DNA of 64,000 nt from Octopus vulgaris. Taxonomy: Eukaryota. Positions 14,115 through 28,536 of the stretch are shown piece after piece. Every line of letters begins with the position of its first letter. Position 1 is the first letter of the stretch. Both the position numbers and the translations under genes were made by a program. The DNA lies in assembly GCA_951406725.2 (NCBI GenBank), contig OX597824.1, positions 69,006,001 through 69,070,000 of the forward strand. Reading direction: 5' to 3'. The notes beneath the pieces are model-generated. The model saw only the letters and a program-made list of their open reading frames with translations. It had not been told where the DNA came from and did not search any database.

Positions 14115-15058
14115 AATATTAATAATAATGATAACATTAATTTAGTTAGTGGGCCTGCAATTTTTGCGAGGAAGAACGGTCATCAGTTACATGGTGTCCC
14201 TTGTACTTGACTAATATTTCACTTACACGACACGAGATGTATAATAAATATAAAGAAGATTTAAGTTAGATTTGAAACCCTTTCATAAACAACAGAATTA
14301 CAGAATCAAAAGCAGCCAACACGTAGTATCACTATCTGTCAATCTACCGAATTTAATAAATCCAAAACCTGAAATCATAACACTAATCATAATCACAAAA
14401 TAAGAATTGAAACAACATACATACATGTATGTATGTATGTATGTATGTATGTATGTATGTATGTATGTATGCATGTATGTATGTATGTATGTATGTATGT
14501 ATGTATGTATGTATGTATGTATGTATTTATGTATGTAGGTACGTATGTATGTATGCATATTAAAGCAGCAACAAGGCAACAAAAAATATTTATGGTCAGT
14601 AGCGCCTTCCTTAAAAAATAAAATTAATCAAAAACAATGTCATCATAAACGAAGCTATCCACCACGACGACGACGACGACGACCACCACCACCACCACCA
14701 TCATCAACAACAACAACAACAACATCGGGAACAACAACACTAAAAATGATCAATGACATAACACCAAGAAAAAACTGCCCCCACCATTGTCATCCCGAAA
14801 ACACATTACCTTCCCAAAGAAACGGCATTATACTTCCATAATTCCTGATTATATTGTGTTAAGTGATGATAGTTCGGCTCTGTTTTATTTATTAATTTTT
14901 TTTTTTTTCATATTCGGATTATTATTTATTATTTCTCTGTTTTGCTTCTTATTTATTTTTAATTATCTTTTGAAAAGTGTTTTTCTTTTTCTGTGTGTTC
15001 GTTTGGGGGAAGGAAATAATATAAATTTGTATATTTGTATAATAGAATTGTATAATAT

Positions 15059-15160
<102 letters not shown>

Positions 15161-16099
15161 TGTATATATATATATATATATATATACATATATACAGAAA
15201 CATATATGTGTATATATTTGTGTATATATAGGGAGAGAGATTGGTGATTAATGTATCCTCCTCTCAATAAGCACTTTACTATTTTTTGTTGCTATAGATA
15301 CGTAGATACATACATACATACATACATGTGTACACATACACATACACACGCACACACACATAAATATATATGTATTTATAGACACCTTCATATGATGAAT
15401 GTGTATCTATCTATGTATGTATACAGCTAGACATACACACTCAGACACACTCATATTTTCACTCATGCGTTAACGAATGCACTTACATAGGTGTATGTAT
15501 AAATCTATATCTACATCTACCTTTCCATGGTCTCTCCCTTTATCCCCCCCTCTCTCTCTATATATATATATATATATTTACATACATACAAACATGCATA
15601 CATTCATACCTACATACATATATGTATATATATAGATAGATTATGGATAGATAGATATAGTGATTTATACACATACTTAGTATAAGTATATTCTTTGATG
15701 CACGAGTGAAAATATGTATATGTACATATGTGTACGTATATATATGTGTGTATGTATTTATGTGTATGTATCCTTCCTGAGGCGTGAGACAAATTGTTAA
15801 AACTGGAACGCGAAGTAGATGAAACAATTAATCGCGTGTAAATAATAGATTATACGTAAATGCAAGATTCTTAACTAGTTATTTATGACTATGGTTCTAT
15901 AATCATGTACAATCGCATTTTACGTACCTTGTGTGCACTTGAATTTGGGAAGACATTTTGCTGCGGAAATAGTCTCAGAAGAGAATTATTTTGAGAGGAA
16001 ACACGCGCAACGTCACCCGATACTATAACGTATGTTTTTTGCTTCACTGCACGTCGTCAGATACGAATACAGAGTGTGAATGTATGTGTTTGTTTGTTC

Positions 16100-16130
<31 letters not shown>

Positions 16131-17127
16131 CTGTCTGTGTGTGTGTGCGTGTGTGTGTGTGTGCGCATGTATGTGTATATGTGTGTGTGTATCTGCCCGG
16201 TCTGTATGTGTGTATGCACGTGAATACTTCTGCTTGTATTTTTATGTTTCCTTCGGTTACGCATATCCATGAGATATTTCACTTGTATTCTTCTCCAAGG
16301 CATATTCCATGCTTCCGTGAAAAGTAGCAGTTATCCAAGGAGTGATGGATATCTCCCGCCTCCACGCTAACGATGAAATAGTAGAGAAATACCAAGTCCG
16401 ATAGAACTTTGATCTAGTTTCATCAAGGACGTTGCCCTCAAAACACAAGTCGCTGGATCTTAAATCTAATTCTGTAAAGAAACTTCCATAATTCTACTGT
16501 CTGACACCAGGGTGAAAAGTATTCATAATGTATTTGAATTGTAGCTCATAGGTGGCGTCAGAAATTAAAACTCTAGCGATCATTGTCTGCAACACTCAAA
16601 GTAAAAGGAAGATAACTCCAAGAAATTAAGAATTTATCTTTCAAACTTAGTCTACATACCGGTTCAACAACACATGGGGATCCCTCCGTGAATTTAGCGG
16701 AATTCACTCCTTGATACGCACACTCGGAATAGCCACGATCCCAAGAGCATTCCTCTTACGTTACGCCACCGTTTATAAGAAAATACAACTGGAGAATTTT
16801 TCCTGTCGCATATTTACTCAACTGAACAAGACAGAGTTTCCACAAACAAAATAACTTTTGGGTGGTTACTCCTTCGGCTAGTGCAAAAGCCCTTATAACC
16901 TTCTTACACATCAGACAGATAATGTCTAGTACACGGACGACTGCAAGACTTCGAGGAAATTCAACCTCATTCACTGTTTTCTAGCTTGGCTTTTTTTAGA
17001 GGACATAAAAATTGACTAATGTCGGCTAAAGAGCTGTGCTAATTGACTAATGTTGACAAAAAAGTTGTGCGAAAAAGTAAGATACGAAATAAAATCATCT
17101 ACCTACCTACCTACCTACCTACCTAAC

Positions 17128-17189
<62 letters not shown>

Positions 17190-17292
17190 TCTAATTCTAT
17201 CTGTCTGTCCGTTTTTCTTTATTTTTATCTTCTGTCTATCTTTCTCTCTCCTATCTATCTTTTATCTATTTCTCTGTTTATCTATCTATCTG

Positions 17293-17361
<69 letters not shown>

Positions 17362-17379
17362 ATATATATATATATATCC

Positions 17380-17438
<59 letters not shown>

Positions 17439-18339
17439 AGTCTGCCTGTCTTTTTGACTATCTGTTTGTTTATCTATCTGTCTGTCAATTCACACACACA
17501 CACACACACACACACTGATAGTCATATTTATACATATCTAAAGAACATTTTATAGGGAATATATATAAATAATTGTTTACAAAAACAGATTACTATAAAC
17601 CAGACATTTTTTTTATTATAGCTGTTATTGTCTTCAGCGGATCTTTGTCGATCAGTCATTTTTGAAGATTTTTTTCAGTATAATTTTAAATCAAAAAATA
17701 TGTTTTCAAATATTGCCTGTATCAAGAATTAATTATACACCCCCACGCATAAACTTATTGATCAGGTGAAGTTCAAATACGAAATAAAGGACAATCAGCA
17801 TTTAAAATTCAGTTATATAATTCGATATTTCAATTTTATGAACTTAACAGAACAACATTACCACCGATTTCTTAGAACTTCATGAAACTACCGTCAGCAG
17901 ATCCATTTCATTAGATTTGGCGAATTTAACTCCAAGGAGCTAGGAGAGACTATCCGTAATGGTTTCTATTGAATACATATAACTGAAATATATAATATAA
18001 TAATAGTGTAGCCCAGGTATCTCAAATTACAGGGTCTCTATGGGCTGCATTGTGCTTATATTTGTTACCATGGGGACAGCATATTTCAAATATATGTTTC
18101 TGACAGCGATTTCTGTCATATTAATTCTTTATTAAGTAAATATCGTCTAGAACTTTTTATTTAATTTGTTCATTAATAATACCATTTTTATTAACTTAAT
18201 TACTTTTATTAGGAAAAATTTGGGGGTTTCTCCACTGTTAAAACTCTAGCTACGCCCCTCGCAGACCACACTTGTGTTTAAAAAAAAGAGGCGCCTGTTT
18301 GGTATGACTGGAGTGTCACATATTTGTGTTTGCAAACAT

Positions 18340-18713
18340 GTGGAGGCGCAATGGCCCAGTGGTTAGGGCAGCGGACTCGCGGTCGGAGGATCGCAGTTTC
18401 GATTCCCAGACCGGGCATTGTGAGTGTTTATTGAGTGAAAACACCTAAAAGCTCCACGAGGCTCCGGCAGGGGGTGGTGGTGAACTCTGCTGTACTCTTT
18501 CACCACAACTTTCTCTCGCTCTTTCTTCCTGTTTCTCTTGTCCCTATATTTCAAAGAGCCAGCCTTGTCACATTCTGTGTGTCACGCTGAATCTCCCCGA
18601 GAACTACGTTAAGGGTACACGTGTCTGTGGAGTGCACGTTAATATCACGAGCAAGCTGTTCCGTTGATCGTATCAGCTGGGACCCTCATCGTCGCAACCG
18701 ACGGAGTGCTCCT
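18340..18713 (+). mobile_element. tRNA-derived SINE family C, tail type 1
   Basis: A box TGGCCCAGTGG and B-box-like GTTTCGATTCC. Perfect 13-bp TSD TGTTTGCAAACAT at 18327-18339 and 18714-18726. Confidence 0.9.
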
Positions 18714-19290
18714 TGTTTGCAAACATACATACAAGCTTTTTTCCCGTTGAATTTATACAAACCGTATTAGTTCTGGTTCGAACGGGCGGCAAGTTTAATT
18801 TTCTTCCTTTTTTTAAAATTTTATTTCGTTTGTTTTCAAAAGTAGAGTCCTGTTTCTTCCTTTCTTTCTTTTTATTCACAGGTCAGCCATGTTGTATATT
18901 TGAGTAAGAAAATTTGTTTAGAAACATGGCATCTTATACATGCGAGTCAGATCATCGTGTTTTCACAGCAAGATACTAATAGTAACTCGCACGAATGCGA
19001 ATTTTGCTTATATATATATATATCAATACGAAGCAAATAATTCAGGAGAAAATATTTGCGAAGATATTATTGACTCTATCATCGTCTAGTGTATCTATTG
19101 AAAATGATAATAACAGAATCTACGTGGGTCCAAATACTTGAATGGATGCTGAGAGATTGTCTCGGCCCGTTTGCCCTCAGACGGTTGTTTTCTATAGTTA
19201 TTAACAGTGTATTTTTGCCGATTTAAATAAGAGCTTTGACTGTTATTTCCAGCAGATAGACATACTTAGTATGCCTTTTGATTAATTTTA

Positions 19291-19383
<93 letters not shown>

Positions 19384-19519
19384 ATGATGAAGTAAATATA
19401 TACATTTTTATAAGGATAAGATCATTATTTAAAATACCGATCATGGCCAGCATGGGAATAAAAACTTTATAGGTAATAATTATTATTAAAATTATAATTA
19501 AGGGTATCTGAAAGATATA

Positions 19520-19733
19520 TTGTTGTGTCTGGGGAGAGTCATACTGCTTTACTGCCTTAATATCTAATACACTCACTGGTTTAATTTCCACTCATTTCTT
19601 AATGTTTTTTTGTGGGGTGGGGCTCTTGAAAATTTTCGTTGCTTTTGCAGCCTTGTCAATAATAAATAAGTGGAAATTGAATCGGTGAGCGTGTTAGATA
19701 TTAAGTCATTATGACTCTTTCCAGACACAACAA
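19520..19733. repeat. Foldback element with ~75-bp imperfect arms and a hammerhead-like core in the spacer
   Basis: TTGTTGTGTCTGGGGAGAGTCATA...TTAATATCTAATACACTCACTGGTTTAATTTCCACT pairs with AGTGGAAATTGAATCGGTGAGCGTGTTAGATATTAAG...TATGACTCTTTCCAGACACAACAA. Confidence 0.85.
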
Positions 19734-19801
19734 AATTTGTTCCAACACACCACTTTACATAAAGAATCTTGCAAACCAGATAAAGAAACGATATATATAT
19801 A

Positions 19802-19970
19802 TATAAAATAATATGTTACATTACTCGATAGTGAAGATAAAACTCTGAGTTTCAGATGCCAGATGCCGGAATAGCCAGATAACCGAAGAGATGGCGTTGT
19901 GGATTCCCACTTCGGTATCTGAAACTCTTGACTATCTTGACTATCGAGTAATGTAACATATTATTTTATA
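19802..19970. repeat. Foldback element with hammerhead-like core
   Basis: TATAAAATAATATGTTACATTACTCGATAGT...GAGTTTCAGAT pairs with ATCTGAAACTC...ACTATCGAGTAATGTAACATATTATTTTATA. The element is embedded between (TA)n tracts. Confidence 0.85.
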
Positions 19971-20035
19971 GATAAATTTTCTCTATTTACATAATATTGA
20001 GGTCTCTTTCTTTCTTTTGTTATCTTACCGTTTTA

Positions 20036-20114
<79 letters not shown>

Positions 20115-20127
20115 TGTGTTCTGATAC

Positions 20128-20359
20128 TTATGTCAGTCATTTGATTGTGGCCATGATGGAGCACTGCCCTGAAGGGCTTTAATTGGACAAATCGACCGCA
20201 CGACTAATTCTTTTAAAGTCTACTATTTATTCCATCGGTCTCTTTTGCCGAACCGCTACGTTACGGAGCGGTAACACAACACCGTTCGTCTAGGGGCGAT
20301 AGGGTGGGGGACAAATAGACACAAAGATACACATACACGTAGTTTTATCTATCTATCTA

Positions 20360-20437
<78 letters not shown>

Positions 20438-20619
20438 ATATATATATATATATATATATACGACAGGCATCTTTCAGTGTCCGTATACCAAATTCACCCA
20501 CAAGGCTTTGGTTTGTCCGAGGTTACAGTAGAAGATACTTGACCAAGGTGTACGCAGTTGAATTGAACCCAGACCCATGCGGTTGGGAAGCAAGCTTCTT
20601 ATTACACAGCCATGCCTGC
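20128..20619 (-). mobile_element. SINE family A copy with internal microsatellite, decayed
   Basis: Reverse complement of the family A consensus (see 48892-49341), with an internal (TATC)n/(TA)n tract. Confidence 0.8.
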
Positions 20620-20905
20620 AGCTATACGATATGTGTATGTGTGTGCATGTCTGTGTGTATGAACGTAAGTGTGTGTGTGTCTGTGTGCCTATGCACACAA
20701 TACCTTCTTTCCGCCTGTATAAGTTTATTTGTATTTTTCCACAGTATTACCGCCCACACTGAAATCAACACCCCCAATACGTCTCTCTTTCCCTTAATTG
20801 AAACGTCGTAACTTTTCAGTGCTGGCTCTGAACTCTATAGAAAATCTGTAGATATAAATTAATCACTCGCTCATTCAACTTTCACTTTCACTTCTCTTTT
20901 CCACC

Positions 20906-20940
<35 letters not shown>

Positions 20941-21280
20941 CATTATATCTCTCCTCTTGCTTCATTCTTTTTAATAGACTTCTTTTCATACCTCAACGCT
21001 CACAAACATTAGTCCTTGCAGTTTCCTATTGTCTTACGGGTATACTCTAAAAAAAAAACAACAAACAAAAATAACAAAACAAAACAACTGCTCACGTTTT
21101 CTTTATATATATATATATATTTATATATATATAAATATGTATGTATATATATATATATTTATATAACACCATTCCCATCCCTTCTTATTCACACCCTAGC
21201 CTTATAACAATGTCTGTGTCGCCTCCTTTTCACCCTCCTCATCGGCCTCCTCTTCCTCCTTCTCCTCCACCTCCTAATCA

Positions 21281-21315
<35 letters not shown>

Positions 21316-21552
21316 TTTTCTTTGATACATCGGTTCTTACGTTTCTGTATTGTTCCACTGTTCCCCAAGTTTTTTTCATTCTGTCTAATACACTTATTTT
21401 CATTCCACACCACCTTCTTCCTAAATTCATTCATTCATGGATGTATTCATTCATTCATTCATTTATTCATTCATTCCTTCCTTTTGATTCATTAATGCAT
21501 CGACTCATTTTTGTATCTATTTTTAATGAACACATACCCACACGCACGTGTC

Positions 21553-21600
<48 letters not shown>

Positions 21601-22204
21601 CATGCACACATATGTACGTGTGTATATATGTTTACATATATGTATATATGTATATGTATATCTATATACACACATGCACGTTTGCGAACATGCGTTTGTA
21701 TGTACACACACACACGGAGACATACAAATATACAGACTTATAAATATAAACAAGACCCTCGTGGAAGCAATCAAGCATGAGATAGTACAAATACACGCTG
21801 AACCACTCATATACGCGCACACAGAGCTACATAAACATCTCCATATATATAACATACATAAACACATGTATGTATATATGTATGTATGTATGCATGAACA
21901 TATATATGTATAAAGATCACAATTATCTACCAATCGGAGTGAAAATATATACACAGGCACACATGTGTCCTCTATATATCCTACATTTACACTTGTTAAC
22001 AAGCATACACTAGGCAAACACACACAACATATACATACATTTATAAGTATGCTATAAAACAGTAAAATACTTATAAGTAAAAAGTAGACATGGTATAGAT
22101 ACAAACACCTAAAGAAGGCGGACATTGCCCACAAGCATATATTTGTTTTAGACTGGAAGTTGGACATAAATTCATTTCAATGAACAATATATAAAATATA
22201 TTGA

Positions 22205-23110
22205 TTTGTCCCATCGTCAAGGGGGACGCATATTTTCAAAGAACTGTAGTGTTACCGACATCGTCATAAGGGATTTCTTATTTGTAGAGAGTGGCAATGT
22301 CTACGACATTTCGATGACTACTTTAGATATTTGCAGGTAATAGGAATGGCTATCATATCATTACAAAGACTCGGAAATAACAGTGTCAATCACAGCATTG
22401 CAAAGACACTCACATACTTAAACACGTTTAGGAGAATCAATTACACCATCGCAAGGACTCACATATATGCAGAAATTTGAAAAGCCCATAGACTTCATAA
22501 CAAGGAGTCGCATATTTTGAGGCAATGGGAGAGTCAACAACATCATCGCAAGAACTCACACATTTGAAGGCAGAGCGAAAGTCAATGATTTCATCGTAAG
22601 GAAACGTTTGCAGGCCGTAACAGAGTCAATGAATTCGTAGCAAGTACTCACATGAATACAGAAATTGGGAAAGGAGTCACACATTGTGAGACAATGGGAG
22701 AGTCAATAATATCATCGCAAGAACTCACATATTTGAAGGCAGAGCGAAAATCAATGACTTGATCGCAAGGAAACGTTTGCTGGCGCTAACAGAGTCAATG
22801 AATTCGTTGCAAGGACTTGTGAGGCAATGGGTTAGTCGATGAAATCTTCATAACTGCTGACATGCATGCAGTGGGAGACCAAATAACATAATCGCAAGGA
22901 AACACATTGGCAGAATTGGGAGTATCAATAAGAGTATCACAGGGACATACATGCAATGGGAGGCTCGATGACATCATCATACGGATATACATTTGTCGGT
23001 AATGAAAACGTCAGTATCATCATATGGAATCACATAATTCCGGGTAGTGGAAGATTCAATGACATCTGCGGAAGGACATATACTTGCAAGAAATTGTATA
23101 ATCAATAATA
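22205..23110. repeat. Degenerate ~48-bp tandem (minisatellite) array with a higher-order duplication
   Basis: Consensus is approximately CATCGCAAGGACTCACATATTTGCAGGCAATGGGAGAGTCAATGACAT, with unit starts at 22447, 22496, 22544 and 22592. Block ~22503-22646 is repeated at ~22672-22817. Confidence 0.8.
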
Positions 23111-23470
23111 ATAGTGCATCGATATAATAATATAAGTAGCGTCCGTATTACTGATTACATCGAAGTCTCCCAGAATGCATTAGAAACTAGATTTGAGAAA
23201 TAATCCCTTGTTTTTGTTTCTTTCGCTATTAGTGCACAACATAATGTCTTATATTCTTTATATTTATGTCGTAACCTTTACTTTATTTAGATATAAATAT
23301 AGAGTAAAGCTTATTTGTCAACGTAAAAAGGCAGTCTTGATTAAGACCAATATTGCTGTTATTTGGCCCCAGGAAAACATCATCTCCAGCTGGCTATCAA
23401 CGTATTTACTGCGTTCTTATATTTTCGAACATGGGAGCTAGCATCTCCACTCAGTTCAAACTAATATCTA

Positions 23471-23510
23471 TGTAGCAATGGTTTCTGGGTTATTTCTCTT
23501 CATCAGTACA
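23471..23510 (-). ncRNA. Degenerate minimal hammerhead-like motif (C3:G8 core)
   Basis: Minus strand UGUA-CUGAUGA-A-GAGAAAUAACCCA-GAAAC-CAUUGC-UACA. Stem I and the core are intact; stems II and III are decayed. Confidence 0.45.
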
Positions 23511-23668
23511 GAATAATCGCTGGGTTAGAGTTGGCGACACCAGTTCTTGTTGGAAGTATATAGTTTTCAAAGTGACACACAGTTACTGATCGCATAAACA
23601 GAGAAGTTTAACGTTCAGGGATTTAGAACTAATAGTTTCTCTATATAAATACACACACAAACACACAT

Positions 23669-23750
<82 letters not shown>

Positions 23751-23823
23751 ACGTAATGACGTGATGTGTGTATTGTGTGTGTGTGGTATCATATATTATA
23801 TATATATATATATATATATTATG

Positions 23824-23882
<59 letters not shown>

Positions 23883-23885
23883 GTA

Positions 23886-24196
23886 TTCTTTTACTCTTCT
23901 GCTCGTTTCAGTCATTTGGCTGCGGCCATGCTGGGGTACCGCTTTGAAGTGCTTTAGTCGAACAAATGGATCCCAAGATTTCTTTCTTTCAAGCCTAGTA
24001 CATATTCAATCGGTTTATTTTGCCGAAATACACACACATACACACATGCTCACAAACATCCACGCACACATACACACATATTCAATTGATTGGACTGAGG
24101 CTATAGTAGAAGAGACTTTCCCAAGGTGGCACGCAATAGGACTGAACCGTGAACCATGGGGTTGGGGAGCAAGCTTCTTACTGCATTGCTACGCCT
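23886..24196 (-). mobile_element. SINE family A copy, decayed/deleted
   Basis: TTTCAGTCATTTGGCTGCGGCCATGCTGG...GAGGCTATAGTAGAAGAGACTTTCCCAAGGTGGCACGCA matches the family A reverse complement. Confidence 0.75.
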
Positions 24197-24477
24197 TTAT
24201 CTCAGATTTAGTGTGGAAGGTGAAATAGTTACATATTACAAGAGTCATGTTACCAGATTACGTCACGGATGTGTAACGAAAGGTGCTTTTAAGGTTATCG
24301 CAGTAGATTTTCTATAAAATACACGGCCAACTCAGTGACCTACGGCGTTTCTTTCCTTGAATTCTAAGGAAAATCTATAGAGATTACCTTAAAAATGAAA
24401 TTAAGCTCTGCTAATACATAGTAAGACACAGAAATGACTTACAAACCTATATAGCATACTTAGTAGCATAATATGTT

Positions 24478-24621
24478 ACAGGAGAGGCTGTGTGGTAAGT
24501 TGCTTGCTTACCAACCAGTCCCACTGCGTGGCACCTTGTGCAAGTGTCTTCTACTATAGCCTCGGGCCGACCAAAGCTTTGTGAGTGGATTTGGTAGACG
24601 GAAATTGCAAGAAGCCCGTCG

Positions 24622-24718
<97 letters not shown>

Positions 24719-24930
24719 ACGTGCGTGTGTGTGTGTTTGTGTGTCTTTTTGTCTCCCCAACATCGCTTGACAACCGATGCTGGTGTGTTTACGTCCCCAT
24801 AACTTAGCGGTTCGGCAAAAAGAGACCGATAGAATAAGTACTGGGCTTACAAAGAATAAGTCCTGGAGTCGATTTGCTCGACTAAAAGGCGGTGCTCCAG
24901 CATGGCCACAGTCAAATGACTGAAATAAGT
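24478..24930 (+). mobile_element. SINE family A copy
   Basis: GGCTGTGTGGTAAG...CACCTTGTGCAAGTGTCTTCTACTATAGCC...(TA)n(TG)n...GGCGGTGCTCCAGCATGGCCACAGTCAAATGACTGAAA. Confidence 0.9.
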
Positions 24931-25214
24931 AGTGGTAGTGGTGGTAGTCGTGGTGGTTGGCACTTCCGATGGTTGCAATTGTAGTAGTGCTTGTGTTCGG
25001 GATAGTGGTAGCTCCGAAATGGTAATTGCAGTAGTTGTGGTTGTGGTTATGGTTGCGGTGGTGGTAATTGTAGAAAACTGGTTGTAGTGGCCAGTGTTGC
25101 TGTTGTTATGGTTGTAATGGTGATGATTGTAGTACCGGTGAATGTAAAAGAAAATACAATTGGTAGCAGTTGTAGTTGTGGCAGGTGTTGGCGTCATTGT
25201 AGCTACGTTGGTAT

Positions 25215-25265
<51 letters not shown>

Positions 25266-25498
25266 GTGGCGGCAGCGACAGCTAGGTCAGGTATTCGAAA
25301 CGATCGTGAAAACACACATATACGCAAATGCGTAGACACATAAATAATATTTCCTTATACATACGTAGTCCATCACGCAAACACACATATACACACATTC
25401 TGATACACACATATACCTACATGCAGGTATACACATACGTATACATACATCATATAACCCATATGCACTAACTTATATATACACATATAGAAACATGC

Positions 25499-25559
<61 letters not shown>

Positions 25560-25634
25560 CATACATACATATATATATATACAGATACACACATACAAGT
25601 TCAAACACATATAACACTATATACACATGCTTCG

Positions 25635-25665
<31 letters not shown>

Positions 25666-25816
25666 CAACACCCACGCACACACACAAATAGATTCATAGA
25701 TGTCCATAAATGCACATTTACGCATACACATTTGTGCATACTCACATGCACTTGCCAAGGATATACATTGAAGCATTGACTTATACACTCATATACAAAC
25801 GCACACACACACACAC

Positions 25817-25853
<37 letters not shown>

Positions 25854-26104
25854 CACACACATACGCATACGCGCACATATATTACGCAGATAAACATACA
25901 AACACACACAGATATATACATGCAGTCACACATACATACATCCATACACACAGACACGCGCGCCCCCCACTAATATAAATGAAGAAATAAAAATGAGAGT
26001 GTGTGTAAGCAAGCGTTACATGAGCGGTTTATGTTCCGTCAAAATTACCCGGATGTACAATTGAACAAGTCTCAAACAATGGCGGATTAATGAAGACACT
26101 GTTC

Positions 26105-27200
26105 ATTAATACAGGTTTTTTTTGAATTACTGAAACTGGACTCTCTTCACCACCACCATCACTACCACCACCATTGCCACTAATACCGCCAACACCAATA
26201 CCACCACCACTAGCACTGCCCGCAATAACAACCCCGATCACCACTACCACCACGACAACTACCACCACTACAACAACAACAATACCAACAACTGCCACCA
26301 CCACCACCTCCAACACCACAACTCCCACCTCCAACACTACCACCACCTCCAAGACCACCACCAACCTCCAAGACCACCACCAACCTCCAAGACCACCACC
26401 AACCTCCAAGACCACCACCAACCTCCAAGACCACCACCAACCTCCAAGACCACCACCACCACCACCACCTCCAACACCACCACCAACCTCCAACATTACC
26501 ATCAGCACCTCGAACACGACCACCACGACCAATACTGGCACCACCATTATCCATTATCCGCCCACCACCACAATAACCACCGACACCACTGTAACAACCA
26601 TCACCATCACCACCACCACCACCACCACCACCACCACCACCATTACCATTATCACTATCACTGCCACAGCAACAACAATACCCACAACCACTAATATCAC
26701 GCTAACACAAACTGAACTACCAATACTACGCCAACAACTACCTCCTAACTACCACACTACTACCGATACTATACACCTACTACCATAACAACAAACATAA
26801 CAACAATTATGTTAACCAATATCGAATACCACTACAATCTCAACCACCACACCAGCACAAACGCCATCAGCGATACTATTCCGGTTACCTCCAGAACTAC
26901 AGAAACAAGCACCGCGCCATCAAGCACCACCACCACCACTAATGCTATGCTTACCTCTGTCTAAACAACCAATTCGACCATAGCACTTACAACCAAAATA
27001 CACCACGACACCACCACTACCGCCATCGCCGCCACAAATACCACCACCACCACCACCAGCAATGGTATTATACCCACTGCTACCACCGCTGGTATTATAG
27101 CCACTGCTACCACAAGCATCATTACTCCACCAACGTCATCACTAGACCCACGGCCACCACCATCATCACCATCGCCATCACCGTTATTACTTCTATTTAG
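26105..27200. repeat. Degenerate (CCA/ACN)n low-complexity tract with an 18-21-bp subrepeat
   Basis: CCAACCTCCAAGACCACCA(CCA) repeated about 5-6 times at 26344-26455, within CAC/ACC-rich sequence. Confidence 0.85.
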
Positions 27201-27599
27201 CGCAATCTGTACTATTGCCCGTCTACCAGAATGTGGGTGTCCAATAGACTAAGCAACGTTACCATACTTAAATCACTGCACTTCTATTTTGGTTGTTGCC
27301 ATTTCAACCATACCACCATTACCACAGCCGTTACTACAATAGCAACACAATCACCCCTACTTAACCACTCACATCTCAACATGCCCTCAATATCAAAATG
27401 CTTAAGGGCGGCCATAATATTTTGCATCACCTGCACTACTATCATAACCAACATGGCCAATAATGACGCCATCTACTAAGAAACGAACCAAGTTTCTAAC
27501 ATAAACCTCAAATACACACACAGACATACACACGCGCACACACACACACTTACACCCGCTCACGCACACTGCCATACATGTAGTTGTGTCTGTATTGTT

Positions 27600-27910
27600 G
27601 GAAGCGGTGCGTAGCCCTCTCTATTTCGTCTTCTTTTAGGAGCTGAAGGGTTCCAGGTGGTAAGGATTACCACATATGTGACATATAAGATGTCTTCCCC
27701 CCATCATGACTTATAGTTATCTCCCATTCGGCAGTTAAAATTATATCCGGTATCTTTTTGTTTAAGGGTTCTAGTTTCAGTTGTGATAGGATTTCCAGTC
27801 CTATTCTGGACTATTTCTTCTGTTTATATATTTTACCGCCCAAATGAGTATCACTTCCCTCCCAAGCGATGCACATCCTTATCCACCAATTTAAGTCTCT
27901 AGTGCCATAC
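27600..27910 (-). mobile_element. Possible decayed retroelement gag fragment (zinc knuckle)
   Basis: Minus strand ~27685-27641 reads ICHICGNPYHLEPFS, a CX2CX4HX4 pattern with the last C replaced by S. Confidence 0.35.
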
Positions 27911-28333
27911 AAGATATCTTCACCCTCACTATCCATCTTTACACATACAAGTGTAAATGAAAACGAATTCCCTAGACGTACAAGAGAATAATGAATACTT
28001 CACTGCGTGCTTCCTTCAGGAAGGGTCGGAGCTTGGTGTGAAGTGTACGTCTATCCATATCCATATTCATCGCAAGCGCCTTTTTACTTGGACTTGTGTG
28101 GGCAGTTCAAAGCAACGGGTTTTGACCGACACACACCTGCAAACTATTGTACCTCTAATAGTCTTTTCCAGTACTTCTGGAAGCATTTCTAATGCAATTA
28201 TTTGTTCATCAAATTTTTTTTCAAATTTTATCTATAAAGAAGGAACTAAGAGGATTAGTTATTACAAACACACAAACACACACACACGTATATATAAGGG
28301 GAGAGAGCGAGAGAGAGGGTGAGAGCTAATTAG

Positions 28334-28371
<38 letters not shown>

Positions 28372-28460
28372 TCATATATATATTTATGCATATACATGCT
28401 TTTGTAAAAATTACTTGATACAGTCGCAATAATCGAAGATTTTTTAAAAGTGATTCAATA

Positions 28461-28499
28461 GTGAGTGGATTTGATAGACGGAAACTGAAAGAAGCCCGT

Positions 28500-28536
<37 letters not shown>

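Noticed and set aside
22205-23110. CRISPR-like or C2H2 zinc-finger array
   Set aside because: There is no identical repeat with unique spacers and the context is eukaryotic. The period is 48 bp rather than 84 bp, and Cys/His spacing is absent.
26029-26788. 204-aa Thr/Pro-rich mucin- or extensin-like ORF
   Set aside because: It arises from a (CCA)n-derived low-complexity tract. The Thr frame shifts repeatedly downstream, and there is no signal peptide or clear exon boundary.
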